Made by a program: the position numbers and the translations under genes. A stretch of 64,000 nucleotides of DNA, taken from the NCBI GenBank assembly GCA_029288725.1, contig JARIGS010000004.1, positions 15,132 through 79,131 on the forward strand, read 5' to 3'. Shown piece by piece: positions 1 through 9,778 of the stretch (positions are counted from its first letter, which is position 1; every line of letters begins with the position of its first letter). Source of the stretch: Candidatus Nomurabacteria bacterium (GTDB taxonomy: Bacteria; Patescibacteriota; Minisyncoccia; Phycocordibacterales; UBA9973). The notes under the pieces were generated by a model. The model did not search any database, had not been told where the DNA came from, and worked only from the letters and a program-made list of their open reading frames with translations.

Positions 1-1
1 T

Positions 2-280
2 CTTGATGTTGCACAGTTCTACTGTGCAGTACCGTACCCGAGCACTCCGTTGCACGAACAGGCATCCAAGGCTGGGCTGATACAGGTTCACGATCTAACA
101 AAGTATGAGCTTTGCAACCCAATTATGGATACCTTGGGCGGTCTGACCTATAAAGAAGTAGGAGCACTTCGCCAGCAGGCTATGCATCAGTTTTATGAAA
201 AGAAAAATCTCAATTTAGACATGCTGCAATCAAAGGCATTCAACAATTGGATTATTAACAAATGGACCCCGAGAATGTAA
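2..280 (+). CDS. C-terminal part of a B12-binding-type radical SAM protein (runs off the window start)
   Basis: Open frame from base 2 reads LDVAQFYCAVPYPSTPLHEQA, matching the PYPGT(P)L C-terminal motif of class B radical SAM enzymes. Confidence 0.65.
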   Translation, partial: LDVAQFYCAVPYPSTPLHEQASKAGLIQVHDLTKYELCNPIMDTLGGLTYKEVGALRQQAMHQFYEKKNLNLDMLQSKAFNNWIINKWTPRM

Positions 281-287
281 CTTCTAC

Positions 288-318
288 AATCCCTTGCCAA
301 GAGCAGGGGATTTTTATT
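288..318 (+). terminator. Intrinsic terminator
   Basis: aatcccttgc-caaga-gcaggggatt hairpin followed by a T-run. Confidence 0.6.
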
Positions 319-492
319 TTCCCAAAATACGGTCATTAAAACGCGAAGGGCAACACATCTCCGATCTCTTCCAGAAAACCTCACACGGTCCAATTCTGGG
401 CCAATTACGCTTTCTTTAGGTCGGCAATGATCCTTAACTTCTCTCGAATTCCAGCCATATATTCGTGATCGTAGAGCACCGTAAGATGTAAA

Positions 493-1149
493 ATGCTAGG
501 ACGACCCAAGAAACAAGTAGGGGGTAATTCCTTAAAATATAATATATTGACAAACAGCTTTAAAAGTATAGGATCATTGGTGATGATTTTAGCTATTCTA
601 AACGCAATTGATGCAACATTAGTTTGGCTCACAAGTGGTGTTGAGAATCACCCAAGTTTGGCGGTGTTATGCGCGGGAGCTTTTGTTTTTATCGTGTACC
701 TAGCTCAAAAAAGCAACGACAGAAGTAACGCGGCGAAACTTATTCTTCAAGAAATAAGATATGCTGAACAAAAAGTTCAAAATTTTAAAGGCCACGGCTC
801 CTATAATTTAAATGAAAAAGTGTTGCCAACAAATAATTGGAATAATAACATTAGTCTTTTCGTAAAAGAACTGGGAGAGACAGAGATTGATCAAATCAGT
901 GATTTTTATTCCAGTGCTGCTCGTTTAGATGAAGTTCTTAAGGCGGTGGCAGATTTTAGAAATAAGCAGGCAATTGAATCTCCTGATGGCCCAGGTACAG
1001 GAACCATATTTACCACAACGGCCGATCTCCCAAAAACCGCAGGAGATTTGATAAAGAAAATTTCAGAAGGAATTACAACTCTGTACAATACTCCAGCAAC
1101 AAGCAAGTTACGACAATTTGCTGATAGAAAATGGTATCAAAAATTATAA
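493..1149 (+). CDS. Hypothetical membrane protein (2 N-terminal TM helices); true start may be downstream
   Basis: 218-aa AT-rich ORF with two hydrophobic segments. Confidence 0.6.
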   Translation: MLGRPKKQVGGNSLKYNILTNSFKSIGSLVMILAILNAIDATLVWLTSGVENHPSLAVLCAGAFVFIVYLAQKSNDRSNAAKLILQEIRYAEQKVQNFKGHGSYNLNEKVLPTNNWNNNISLFVKELGETEIDQISDFYSSAARLDEVLKAVADFRNKQAIESPDGPGTGTIFTTTADLPKTAGDLIKKISEGITTLYNTPATSKLRQFADRKWYQKL

Positions 1150-1188
1150 ACGAAATTTTATGGGTGTGTTAAAATTAATCTACATTGT

Positions 1189-1518
1189 ATGGCAATAAAA
1201 GTTATAAAAATTGAACCAGCCAATCTTGGTATCGCGGGAGATCCTATTGCAGCACACAAAGCCGTTGAATGGTTTGTTTGGGTAAATGAAAGTAATCAAA
1301 CAAGTGGCAAAACTTCTAGAAAAGATATGTATAACTGGATTGTTAATCAAAAGGGACAAGCTTATATAAATGTAGGTGGGCAGACCGCACGGCTTTTTGG
1401 TGCACTTAGTCAAACAGGCGAACAGTATATTCAGGCAGCTAAAGATGGAAAATGGGTAAATGACCTACTTGAATTGTCAGACAAAACTGCACCCTCAACA
1501 CCTGTTGGAGCAGTGTAA
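1189..1518 (+). CDS. DUF3892-like protein
   Basis: W...G.AY(I/V)...G.QYIQ...DG.W.NDLL.L pattern typical of DUF3892. Confidence 0.6.
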   Translation: MAIKVIKIEPANLGIAGDPIAAHKAVEWFVWVNESNQTSGKTSRKDMYNWIVNQKGQAYINVGGQTARLFGALSQTGEQYIQAAKDGKWVNDLLELSDKTAPSTPVGAV

Positions 1519-1586
1519 TTTGAGGAAATTTTAAAAAAGAAAGCTCTCCCTCAAGATGAGGGAGAGCTTTCTGCTATACTTGGTCT

Positions 1587-2087
1587 ATGGCTGAATACCC
1601 TGCAACAACTAAGGACAACAAATGCATTTTTTGTGAAATTGTTTCTGGTGCTCTGGAGACTCCTGGTATCTTTTGGGAAAACGACGAGTTTATGGCAGTA
1701 CTTGCAATTGATCCGAATACCGAAGGGTTTACCTCTATAATCCCAAAACAGCATTATGGAAGTGATGTTCTCAAAATGCCTGATGATGTTCTATCTCGAT
1801 TTATCCTTGCTTCAAAAGAGGTTAGTCAGATTCTTGAAAAATATTTTGAAGACGTAGGAAGAGTAGGGGTGTTAATGGAAGGCACGGGTATTGATCATGC
1901 ACATATAAAATTGATGCCACTTCACGGAACACAGGACTTGAAGAATGGAGAATGGAAACAGTATTTTTGTGATCAGGAATTATGGTTCGATAAGTACGAA
2001 GGTTGGATTGCTTCTGCCGGGGGTCCAATTGCAGAAGTTTCCAAGCTGAAAACGTTGGCTGAAGGACTAATAAAGTCTCAACAATAA
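1587..2087 (+). CDS. HIT family nucleotide hydrolase
   Basis: CIFC N-terminus; IIPKQH; HAHIKLMP variant of the HIT motif. Confidence 0.9.
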   Translation: MAEYPATTKDNKCIFCEIVSGALETPGIFWENDEFMAVLAIDPNTEGFTSIIPKQHYGSDVLKMPDDVLSRFILASKEVSQILEKYFEDVGRVGVLMEGTGIDHAHIKLMPLHGTQDLKNGEWKQYFCDQELWFDKYEGWIASAGGPIAEVSKLKTLAEGLIKSQQ

Positions 2088-2179
2088 GCGGTTTTTCTTT
2101 AATACTTTTTTAGAAAAATTTTAACTATGAAAGGGTATGATGCGGAAAAATCATTTGTTCACCCTACAATTTAACTACC

Positions 2180-2620
2180 ATGATAGCACTCGTATCGTAT
2201 AACGATTGTCCTCATTTTCCTCGCGGTATTACCGTCATTGACGGTATAGAAGTACTTTTTTTGCCAAGGACTTTTCCTCAAAAAAAGTCGGCCCTCGTGT
2301 CTGCCGATGATGAAAACTGCCGCCTCCTTATGCAATACATTGATATCTTGGATGGGGTTAACATTTTTGTCGGAAAGAAATCATCAGGATCACTAGAGAT
2401 TATTTCACTGTTCTGTTCTTTATTTAAGAGTAAAGAAGAGAAACTTTTCTTTACGCTCTGTGATCATGATGAGCCGGAAAAAATACAATTACTCTCATCT
2501 CTTGGAATCGGTGAGAAGCAGTGGGTGGTGTTTAAGGACGGTCATACCCAATGCAAAGAATGGTATTGGATGTATGGCTGGATGATGTATACCATCAAAG
2601 AGTCTATCATGGCAGAATAA
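2180..2620 (+). CDS. Hypothetical protein
   Basis: 146-aa ORF followed by a terminator hairpin at 2619-2640. Confidence 0.6.
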   Translation: MIALVSYNDCPHFPRGITVIDGIEVLFLPRTFPQKKSALVSADDENCRLLMQYIDILDGVNIFVGKKSSGSLEIISLFCSLFKSKEEKLFFTLCDHDEPEKIQLLSSLGIGEKQWVVFKDGHTQCKEWYWMYGWMMYTIKESIMAE

Positions 2621-2706
2621 AAAACCGTTTAGCGGTTTTTTATTTTTTGGTTCTGTTTCGATGTGCTTTTTTGCTATACTATTACTGTTCACTTAATTAC
2701 TCTTTC

Positions 2707-3369
2707 ATGAAAATTCTCATAATTGAAGATGAGCCCGATATCGCAAACTTTTTGAAAAAGGGACTTACGGCCGAAATGTGCGTGGTTGAGGTTGCGGCTA
2801 CCGGCAAGGAGGGTATTGCCTGCGCGCGCAACAATTCCTATGATGCCATCATTCTTGACTTCCATCTCGGTGACATGACCGGTGTGGAAATCTCCGCTGC
2901 GATCAGAACATACAAACCTTCTATTCCCATTTTGGTCCTCAGTGTTGAGCGGGATATGGATATCAAGGTTGATATGCTTTCAATCTGCGATGACTATATG
3001 ACCAAGCCGTTCTCGCTTCGTGAGTTGACTGTGCGTCTTCACGCTCTAACCCGTCGTGGTACCGTCATGCGCAGCGATATCATGGAAGCCGGCGGTATTG
3101 TCCTCGACTCAACCAAATACACGGTTACCCTTGATGGCAACCCTATTGCTTTTCGCCACAAAGAGTTCGCTCTGCTTGAATACTTCATGCAGCATCAGGA
3201 TATTGTCCTGTCGCGCGAAATGATTCTTTCCCATGTTTGGGACATGAATGCTGACCCTTTCACCAATACCGTCGATACCCATGTACGTCTGCTCCGCAAA
3301 AAGCTGGAGATCGATGGCCATACCTTCATTCATACCGTACCGAAGCGCGGCTATCGTTTTTCCGTCTAA
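2707..3369 (+). CDS. OmpR-family response regulator (start reassigned to MKILIIEDE)
   Basis: Receiver motifs IIEDE, IILD, DDYMTKPF; wHTH motifs KEFALLEY, NTVDTHV, TVPKRGY. Confidence 0.95.
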   Translation: MKILIIEDEPDIANFLKKGLTAEMCVVEVAATGKEGIACARNNSYDAIILDFHLGDMTGVEISAAIRTYKPSIPILVLSVERDMDIKVDMLSICDDYMTKPFSLRELTVRLHALTRRGTVMRSDIMEAGGIVLDSTKYTVTLDGNPIAFRHKEFALLEYFMQHQDIVLSREMILSHVWDMNADPFTNTVDTHVRLLRKKLEIDGHTFIHTVPKRGYRFSV

Positions 3370-3464
3370 GGTTTTACCTTTTGTTTAAGTTTTTTTCATT
3401 AGTGTTTTACTAAAATTGTAATTGAATTTGTTTTATTTTCTTTTCACAATTTAAAAAAACACAC

Positions 3465-4439
3465 ATGAGAACAATTGAATGTCCAAAACCGCCTGAACAA
3501 AAAAGTTATGAGGCGGACACGATCTATCGCGTACTATCAAAGGATGACCCTATTTTTTACCGCGAAAGAACCGATCGAAACGAAGGGTTTATCGCGCTCA
3601 GTGATCAGCAAATGATTCGAAAAAAAGTCATTGGCGTTGCAGGGTGTGGTGGCATGGGAGGGTTACTTTCAGAAACATTGGTGCGATTGGGTATTGGCGA
3701 GATACATCTTGCCGACCTTGAGCTATTTGATATTTCCAACATTAATCGCCAGCTTTGTAGCACCTCTCTAAGTATTGGCAAACCAAAATTGCCTGAAACC
3801 GCTGAAAGACTTAACATCGTTTCCCCGGATGTTTGTCTCGAGTTGTATCATGAAGGCATTACGAAAAATAACGCATCGTACTTTCTTAGAAATTGCCTAT
3901 TTGGTTTGGATGAAATGGAGTTTTGGGCCCTTGGTTCAAAGATCGCATTTCATGAAGCGGCTCGTAAGCTAGGAATAACCGTGTTTACCGTACCGGTTGT
4001 AGGGCATGGCTTTTACATCTTTAAGTTCACCCCTGGCGGTATGACCATTGAAGAGGTGTTAGGCATGGATTATGAAGAGGCAATGATGTTGCAGATTAAA
4101 ATGCAAACAAGAACCGCAACGCTGAAAGAGGTTCGTAGGGCAATGAATGCGATGTTACGTTTAGTGACACCAGAGGGAATTCCTGAGTACTGCAAGGATA
4201 CTACCAAGCGCAGTACGACCCAAAGAGTGTTGGAAAGACTCGAGATGTACAACACGGCTTCAATTATTGCCACCACTCCTCCCATGGCATCAGGTGCCTT
4301 ATCAAGTGTCTTGTTATTTCACATCATGCAAGAGTCTGAATTTGAAATGAATTATGTATTAACCCCAGAAATGCCGGGGTATCAGATGTTTGACGCTGCT
4401 CGCTGGATAGCAAAGACACACGTAGGAAAATGGTGGTAA
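3465..4439 (+). CDS. ThiF/MoeB/E1-like adenylyltransferase
   Basis: VAGCGGMGG nucleotide-binding loop, LVRLGIG, D.FD.SNINRQ; no C-terminal CxxC pairs. Confidence 0.9.
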   Translation: MRTIECPKPPEQKSYEADTIYRVLSKDDPIFYRERTDRNEGFIALSDQQMIRKKVIGVAGCGGMGGLLSETLVRLGIGEIHLADLELFDISNINRQLCSTSLSIGKPKLPETAERLNIVSPDVCLELYHEGITKNNASYFLRNCLFGLDEMEFWALGSKIAFHEAARKLGITVFTVPVVGHGFYIFKFTPGGMTIEEVLGMDYEEAMMLQIKMQTRTATLKEVRRAMNAMLRLVTPEGIPEYCKDTTKRSTTQRVLERLEMYNTASIIATTPPMASGALSSVLLFHIMQESEFEMNYVLTPEMPGYQMFDAARWIAKTHVGKWW

Positions 4440-4475
4440 CACAAAAGGTATAAACACACCTAAAAACAAGAAATC

Positions 4476-5090
4476 ATGGAAATTATTGATGTAATCGAAG
4501 AATTGGTTGTTACCGCTTCGGAAGGCGTAATAATCAAATTAGTTACCCCCGTATCTGCTGAGCGAAAAGCTGTTGAAGACTTTGTCTTGGAAGAGTATTA
4601 CCATCGTATGGGTGGCGTGCTTGCCTCTACACCGGAAATTATCTTTGCTGCATTTGAAGAAGGAGTAGTGGTCGGTACGATGGGGTTGGAGTTTCAGGAG
4701 TTGTGTGGATTAATGCCGTGTGAGCACACGTTTGCATTTGATGTTGCGTCGCTCAAGTTTGGTTTGAACCGCAATCGTACCGCACAATATACCCGGCGGA
4801 TTATTAGATCGGACTACAAGGATGGAGCAACGCTTGGCCCGAAACTGATTGCTGCTGTTACTCAATTTGCATTAAGCCAAGGAAAGCTATATGGATTTTG
4901 CGAATTGAAACCCCCACTACTACGGCTAACTTCAAAACTCGGTATCGAATTACATGAAGTAAAAGGTAGTACGATACTGAAAGACAGTGTTCATCCCGAT
5001 GTTGCGAGTTTTTATCTTGTCGAGCCTTATCCAAAGCTCTACCAGATAGAGCTCGTGCAGGTGCTTGAGGCAATAACAAAGAGAAAATAA
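4476..5090 (+). CDS. Thermostable-hemolysin/N-acyl amino acid synthase-like protein (GNAT/LuxI-like fold)
   Basis: R.AVEDFV...Y, G.VVGTMGL, MPCE, R...QYTR, L.RL..KLGI pattern resembling the T_hemolysin/FeeM-type families. Confidence 0.55.
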   Translation: MEIIDVIEELVVTASEGVIIKLVTPVSAERKAVEDFVLEEYYHRMGGVLASTPEIIFAAFEEGVVVGTMGLEFQELCGLMPCEHTFAFDVASLKFGLNRNRTAQYTRRIIRSDYKDGATLGPKLIAAVTQFALSQGKLYGFCELKPPLLRLTSKLGIELHEVKGSTILKDSVHPDVASFYLVEPYPKLYQIELVQVLEAITKRK

Positions 5091-5101
5091 CAATGCGTCG
5101 T

Positions 5102-5130
5102 AACCCAGGCACGTATGCCTGGGTTATTTT
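5102..5130 (+). terminator. Intrinsic terminator
   Basis: aacccaggca-cgta-tgcctgggtt followed by atttt. Confidence 0.7.
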
Positions 5131-5152
5131 ATTAAAACAATCTATAATCCTT

Positions 5153-7135
5153 ATGCCACTTATCACCATGCAATTCGCTATTTTTCAATATATTGCCATT
5201 AGCATCTGCGGCATCTTCATTGCCGCTATTGGCTTGTATGTCCTATATGCCAATGCACGCCGGGCTATAAACCGATGGTTCTGCGTACTGAGCCTTGGCA
5301 TTGCCGCTTGGAACATAGGATTGTCATTGCTGTTCTTCTTTCATGATACGTTTTTTATTACCGTCATTTTGGACGGCGCGATATTGATTGCGGTCGGACT
5401 GTTTTATTTTGGTAAGGTCTTTCCAACAGGAGCGGTGAAAAAGAGGGAATGGTGGTATCTCATTCCGGCAGTTGCCACTGCCATCATGGTGCCGTTCGGT
5501 CTGGTTATTTCCAGCGTTGCAATTACTGCCACTGGATATTTGGCACCGCATAACGAATTTTTATTTCCCGTCTACGGACTTTCGCAGATGGTGTATGCCT
5601 TGGGAGGAGTGCACTTTCTCATACGGAAATACATGTATGCCGAAGGTCAGGCCCGTCAAAAACTGCGCTATTTCTTTTTTGGCATCATCGTACTGGTGTG
5701 TGTTGGCTTGCTCTGTGACGTGATCCTGCCAAGCTTTTCCCTCTATCAATTCAACCTCTTTGGCCCGCTTGCATCACTAGTGCTGGTGGTTGCTACCGCC
5801 TACAGTATCTTGCGCCATAACCTCATGGACATTAGCGTGGTCATTCAGCGCAGTGTCATTTATATCGTACTGCTTAGTGTCATCGTTGCTACTTATGCAT
5901 TTGGCTTGGAACTTGTTGGCTACTTGCTCTCCAAAATCACGAACGTAGCGGTGATTGTCAGTGCCGGGGCAACCATGGTACTCGGCATATTCTTCATGCA
6001 TCCGATTCGCACATACCTGGAGCGGGTGACTGATCCTATTTTCTTCAAGAATAAGTATGTCTATTCGGATGCCATTGCCCGGCTGTCACGCATGCTCAAT
6101 ACAACGATGAGTCAGGCTGACCTTGTTGCGGCGTCTTCGGCGGCATTAGAGGAATTGTTCAAGACATCGCAGGTCGCATTTCTGCTGGCCAACAAGGGTG
6201 AGGAAGCGTTGCCGGCATGGGCTTCCGATATTCGCGTATCACAACCGATTATTTTTGAACATACCGTGATAGGAAAAGTGATACTGGGAAAGAAGCGTTC
6301 CGGGGATGCCTATACTTCCCAGGATATGCAATTGCTTGAAACATTTCTCGACCAGGCTGCCGTGGCATTGGAAAAGGGTCGTCTCTATGAAAAGGTTGAG
6401 GAATACAATACTCAGCTCGAACGCTTGGTCGATGACCGTACCAAGGAAATACAGCATATTCAGGAGGAGCAGAAGCGCATGATGATTGATATTTCTCACA
6501 ACCTGCAAACGCCGCTCGCTATCATTAATAATGACCTTGAAACAATGGCAGACTATTATCCTGATCAGGATAAGATTTTTTCCGTGAAGCGGTCGTTTTT
6601 GCGCGTGTCAGAATTCATCAGGCAATTGCTGCACCTTGCTCGTCTTGATGGGGTGTACGACATCACTCTTACCACATTCGACCTCTCTGAATTTCTCCGA
6701 CAGCAGGTTGAGTATTTTGAGGTGATGGGAAATGAGCAGGATCTTGAGGTTACGGCTGATATCCAGGATGGCGTAGTGTTCACGGGTGACATGCGTCTGC
6801 TCGGCGAGGCATTTACGAACATTGCACAGAACGCCATTAAGTATCGTCGTGAGAATGTGAAAAGCACGCTGCACATTACGCTTCGCGATGATGATACGAC
6901 AGTCACTGTTTCCATTAAGGATAACGGTATGGGAATTGAGGCAAAAGACCTTTCTTCAATCTTCGACCGTTTCTATCGAACGTCCCGCAGTTCCCAGATA
7001 TCAAAAGGGTCAGGGCTCGGTTTGGCCATTGTGAAAAAAATTGTTGATATGCATCATGGCAGCATCGCTGTGCACAGTGTTCTACAGGAAGGAACAGAAT
7101 TTGTACTGACATTTCCCAAGACCATTACTGGCTGA
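5153..7135 (+). CDS. Sensor histidine kinase: N-terminal multi-TM (7TM-type) sensor, GAF-like region, HisKA, HATPase
   Basis: Many TM helices; DISHNLQTPL H-box, NAIKY N-box, DNGMGI, IFDRFYR, GSGLGLAIV. Start at ATG 5153 or 5168. Confidence 0.93.
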   Translation: MPLITMQFAIFQYIAISICGIFIAAIGLYVLYANARRAINRWFCVLSLGIAAWNIGLSLLFFFHDTFFITVILDGAILIAVGLFYFGKVFPTGAVKKREWWYLIPAVATAIMVPFGLVISSVAITATGYLAPHNEFLFPVYGLSQMVYALGGVHFLIRKYMYAEGQARQKLRYFFFGIIVLVCVGLLCDVILPSFSLYQFNLFGPLASLVLVVATAYSILRHNLMDISVVIQRSVIYIVLLSVIVATYAFGLELVGYLLSKITNVAVIVSAGATMVLGIFFMHPIRTYLERVTDPIFFKNKYVYSDAIARLSRMLNTTMSQADLVAASSAALEELFKTSQVAFLLANKGEEALPAWASDIRVSQPIIFEHTVIGKVILGKKRSGDAYTSQDMQLLETFLDQAAVALEKGRLYEKVEEYNTQLERLVDDRTKEIQHIQEEQKRMMIDISHNLQTPLAIINNDLETMADYYPDQDKIFSVKRSFLRVSEFIRQLLHLARLDGVYDITLTTFDLSEFLRQQVEYFEVMGNEQDLEVTADIQDGVVFTGDMRLLGEAFTNIAQNAIKYRRENVKSTLHITLRDDDTTVTVSIKDNGMGIEAKDLSSIFDRFYRTSRSSQISKGSGLGLAIVKKIVDMHHGSIAVHSVLQEGTEFVLTFPKTITG

Positions 7136-7157
7136 GGGGGAGTGCTATACTTTCAGT

Positions 7158-8201
7158 ATGAATAAGAAAACCATCTCCCTGATCTTTTTGGCCGTAGCAT
7201 TTTTTGTCGCTGCTCATACCGTTTCCGCCCACGAAGTCTACGTATTGAATCAGCAGACGGTCAGCTACGATGTCAGTCATCCTTCGCCTGATCCATTGAC
7301 GATGGTGAAGGGGGATAGCAGTGACTTCCTGCTGGCAACAATTGTGGGAGTGATTTTGGTGGGAGGAATATTTCTGATTTCCATTTCACGAAGATTAGAA
7401 AAAGCCCTTAACCCACTTCTCATAAAGGCAAAACGCTGGGCGCCTCTAGTGGCGCGATTGACGCTCGGCCTTAGTCTGCTGGCAGCAGCATATTATCGAG
7501 CACTGTTCGGTCCGGAAATTCCTTTGGAAAGCCTGGTCGGGCATTATGCCGGAGTGCTGCAAATAGTGCTTTATCTTATCGGCGTTCTCATCATTATGGG
7601 ATTGTTTGTCCGTCAGAGCGCGTTCATTGCATTGGTGATATTTATTATTGCGGTAATTGCTGAGCGCACCTACATGCTGACCTACGTCAACTATCTTGGT
7701 GAAATCATTGCCAACCTCGTGCTCGGCGGTGGATTGTGGTCGCTTGACCGTCATCTGAACAAGGCAACTATTGCGAATAGTGCCGCTCGTTGGAAGGAAA
7801 GATTGGAACCGTATGCATTTCCGACTTTGCGCGTACTCTTTGGTATTTCCGCGCTGTATGCCTCGTGGTATGCCAAGCTCTTTCATGCCAGCCTTGCCTT
7901 GGATACCGTGACTCAATATCACTTAACAAACTACTTCCACTTTCCCGCACTGTTTGTGGTGCTTGGAGCGTTGATTGTTGAAACACTCGTTGGTGTCTTT
8001 TTCATCCTAGGCATTGAGATTCGCTTTACCGCATTATTTTTTCTGATGTTCCTCACGCTCTCACTGTTTTTCTTCGGAGAAGTAGTCTGGCCGCATATCG
8101 TGCTGATTGGCGTAAACATTGCCTTTATCCTGCACGGCTATGATCGGTACTCACTGGAGGGTCACTTTTTTAAACGCAGGAAGATAGAGCCGGTATTATA
8201 A
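7158..8201 (+). CDS. DoxX-family membrane protein (two DoxX-like repeats, signal peptide)
   Basis: Repeated motifs GLFVRQSA/GIEIRFTA and GGGLWSLD/GYDRYSLE. Confidence 0.75.
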   Translation: MNKKTISLIFLAVAFFVAAHTVSAHEVYVLNQQTVSYDVSHPSPDPLTMVKGDSSDFLLATIVGVILVGGIFLISISRRLEKALNPLLIKAKRWAPLVARLTLGLSLLAAAYYRALFGPEIPLESLVGHYAGVLQIVLYLIGVLIIMGLFVRQSAFIALVIFIIAVIAERTYMLTYVNYLGEIIANLVLGGGLWSLDRHLNKATIANSAARWKERLEPYAFPTLRVLFGISALYASWYAKLFHASLALDTVTQYHLTNYFHFPALFVVLGALIVETLVGVFFILGIEIRFTALFFLMFLTLSLFFFGEVVWPHIVLIGVNIAFILHGYDRYSLEGHFFKRRKIEPVL

Positions 8202-8229
8202 TCTTGCTCACTATTGCTATACTATAGGT

Positions 8230-8784
8230 ATGGAACATAACAAGGCGATAGCGATATTTGGAGGAGGGTGCTTCTGGTGTACCGAAGCAGTCTTTAAGAT
8301 GATGAAGGGCGTGAGTTCGGTCCTGCCGGGATATGCTGGAGGAACAACCGATAATCCGACCTACGAGCAGGTATCAGAAGGAAATACCGGACACGCTGAG
8401 GTAGTACGCATTGAATACGATCCGACACAGGTGCGGTATGAGGATCTGCTAACGGTATTTTTCGGCAGTCATGATCCGACGACACTGAATCAGCAGGGGA
8501 ATGATATTGGCACGCAGTATCGCTCAGTTATTTTTTATACGAATGACGAGCAGAAGGCCGCGGCGGAATCATTCATTGCTGACATGAATGCCTCAAATAG
8601 TGCTGGTGCTCCGGTAGTGACGGAAGTCGTGCCATTTGAGAAGTTTTATGAAGCCGAGGATTACCACAAGGATTATTATGCCCATCATCAAAATGCCGGG
8701 TACTGCCAAGTGGTGATCAATCCAAAATTGGAAAAAGTCCAGAAACAGTTCGCTGACTTATTAGTAGCTATTAATAAAGAGTAA
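8230..8784 (+). CDS. msrA: Peptide-methionine (S)-S-oxide reductase
   Basis: [21 protein letters not shown]. Confidence 0.97.
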   Translation: MEHNKAIAIFGGGCFWCTEAVFKMMKGVSSVLPGYAGGTTDNPTYEQVSEGNTGHAEVVRIEYDPTQVRYEDLLTVFFGSHDPTTLNQQGNDIGTQYRSVIFYTNDEQKAAAESFIADMNASNSAGAPVVTEVVPFEKFYEAEDYHKDYYAHHQNAGYCQVVINPKLEKVQKQFADLLVAINKE

Positions 8785-8788
8785 TTGT

Positions 8789-9208
8789 ATGGAAAACAAA
8801 TCCGCCGACGCTAACGCTATGGCGAGACAAAGAACCGAAGAAGAGTGGAAGAAGGAACTGACACCTGAGCAGTATGAGGTCTTGCGCGGCGGAGGCACTG
8901 AGGCACCATTCAAAGGAAAATATGTTCATGAAAATAGTGTTGGTACGTATGTCTGCATGGCCTGCGGCAATCCATTGTTCTCGTCCAGCACTAAGTTTGA
9001 TTCGAAAAGCGGCTGGCCGTCATTTGATGACGCATTGCCAGAAGCGGTAAAGTTTAAGGAAGATACTAGTCATGGTATGAGTCGGGTAGAGGTGGTCTGT
9101 GCCCAATGCGGTTCACACCTTGGCCATGTCTTTCCTGATGGTCCGGAGGAAACGACAGGGCAGCGATACTGTATTAATTCTGTCTGTCTCGATCTTAAAA
9201 AGGAATAG
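8789..9208 (+). CDS. msrB: Peptide-methionine (R)-S-oxide reductase
   Basis: [22 protein letters not shown]. Confidence 0.97.
   Translation: MENKSADANAMARQRTEEEWKKELTPEQYEVLRGGGTEAPFKGKYVHENSVGTYVCMACGNPLFSSSTKFDSKSGWPSFDDALPEAVKFKEDTSHGMSRVEVVCAQCGSHLGHVFPDGPEETTGQRYCINSVCLDLKKE
8801..8832 (+). repeat. Family-A palindromic repeat, in frame in the msrB N-terminus
   Basis: tccgccgacgctaacgctatggcgagacaaag ([10 protein letters not shown]). Confidence 0.75.
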
Positions 9209-9220
9209 TGCAAGAAATGA

Positions 9221-9272
9221 CAGATCGCAATAAAAAATCCCCCATTGCTGGGGGATTTTTTATTGCGATCTG
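9221..9272. terminator. Bidirectional terminator (23-bp perfect stem)
   Basis: cagatcgcaataaaaaatccccc-attgct-gggggattttttattgcgatctg between convergent genes. Confidence 0.85.
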
Positions 9273-9273
9273 C

Positions 9274-9693
9274 TTACTGAGAAACAGTAGTACTTGTTGT
9301 GGTAGTAGCAGAAGCCTTCTTTGCGGCCTTAGCAGCCTTTGCTGCTGCCTGTACTGCCTTGCGGTCAGTAGCAATTTTCTTAGCGTCAGCCTTAACAGTT
9401 GCCGCGTCAGTCTTTATCTTCGCCTTGTCAGCAGCAATAGCGGTCTTTGCTGTGCTGATGCCAGCAGTATCCTTAGCCTTCTTTGCTGTTGCAAGAGCCT
9501 TGGTGTCAGTTGCAAGCTGGATCTTGTCAGCTTTCACCGTAGCCTGATCGGTGACGTAGGCCTGGCGATCAGCTGCAAGCGTAGCACTTGCTGATGTTGA
9601 TACAGCTGGAGTGGTAGTCTGTGCTGATGCTACTGAGACGAATAGTCCGAGTGCAAGAGGGGCAATTGTTGCGGTAAGCAATGCTTTTTTCAT
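9274..9693 (-). CDS. Secreted Ala/Lys/Thr-rich low-complexity protein (start reassigned to MKKALL)
   Basis: Signal peptide ending ASA; KAD/TD heptad-like repeats. Confidence 0.75.
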   Translation of the reverse strand: MKKALLTATIAPLALGLFVSVASAQTTTPAVSTSASATLAADRQAYVTDQATVKADKIQLATDTKALATAKKAKDTAGISTAKTAIAADKAKIKTDAATVKADAKKIATDRKAVQAAAKAAKAAKKASATTTTSTTVSQ

Positions 9694-9752
9694 ATGATAT
9701 AAAACGAGTAAGCAGCGATAAATACTAATATGGTGCCGGCTTACCCCCTTAA

Positions 9753-9778
9753 TACGCGGAAAGGACAGGTTTCTTTCA
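9753..9778 (-). promoter_or_regulatory. Putative ECF (SigW-like) promoter
   Basis: TGAAAG-N16-CGTA on the minus strand, directly downstream of the ECF sigma/anti-sigma pair. Confidence 0.55.
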
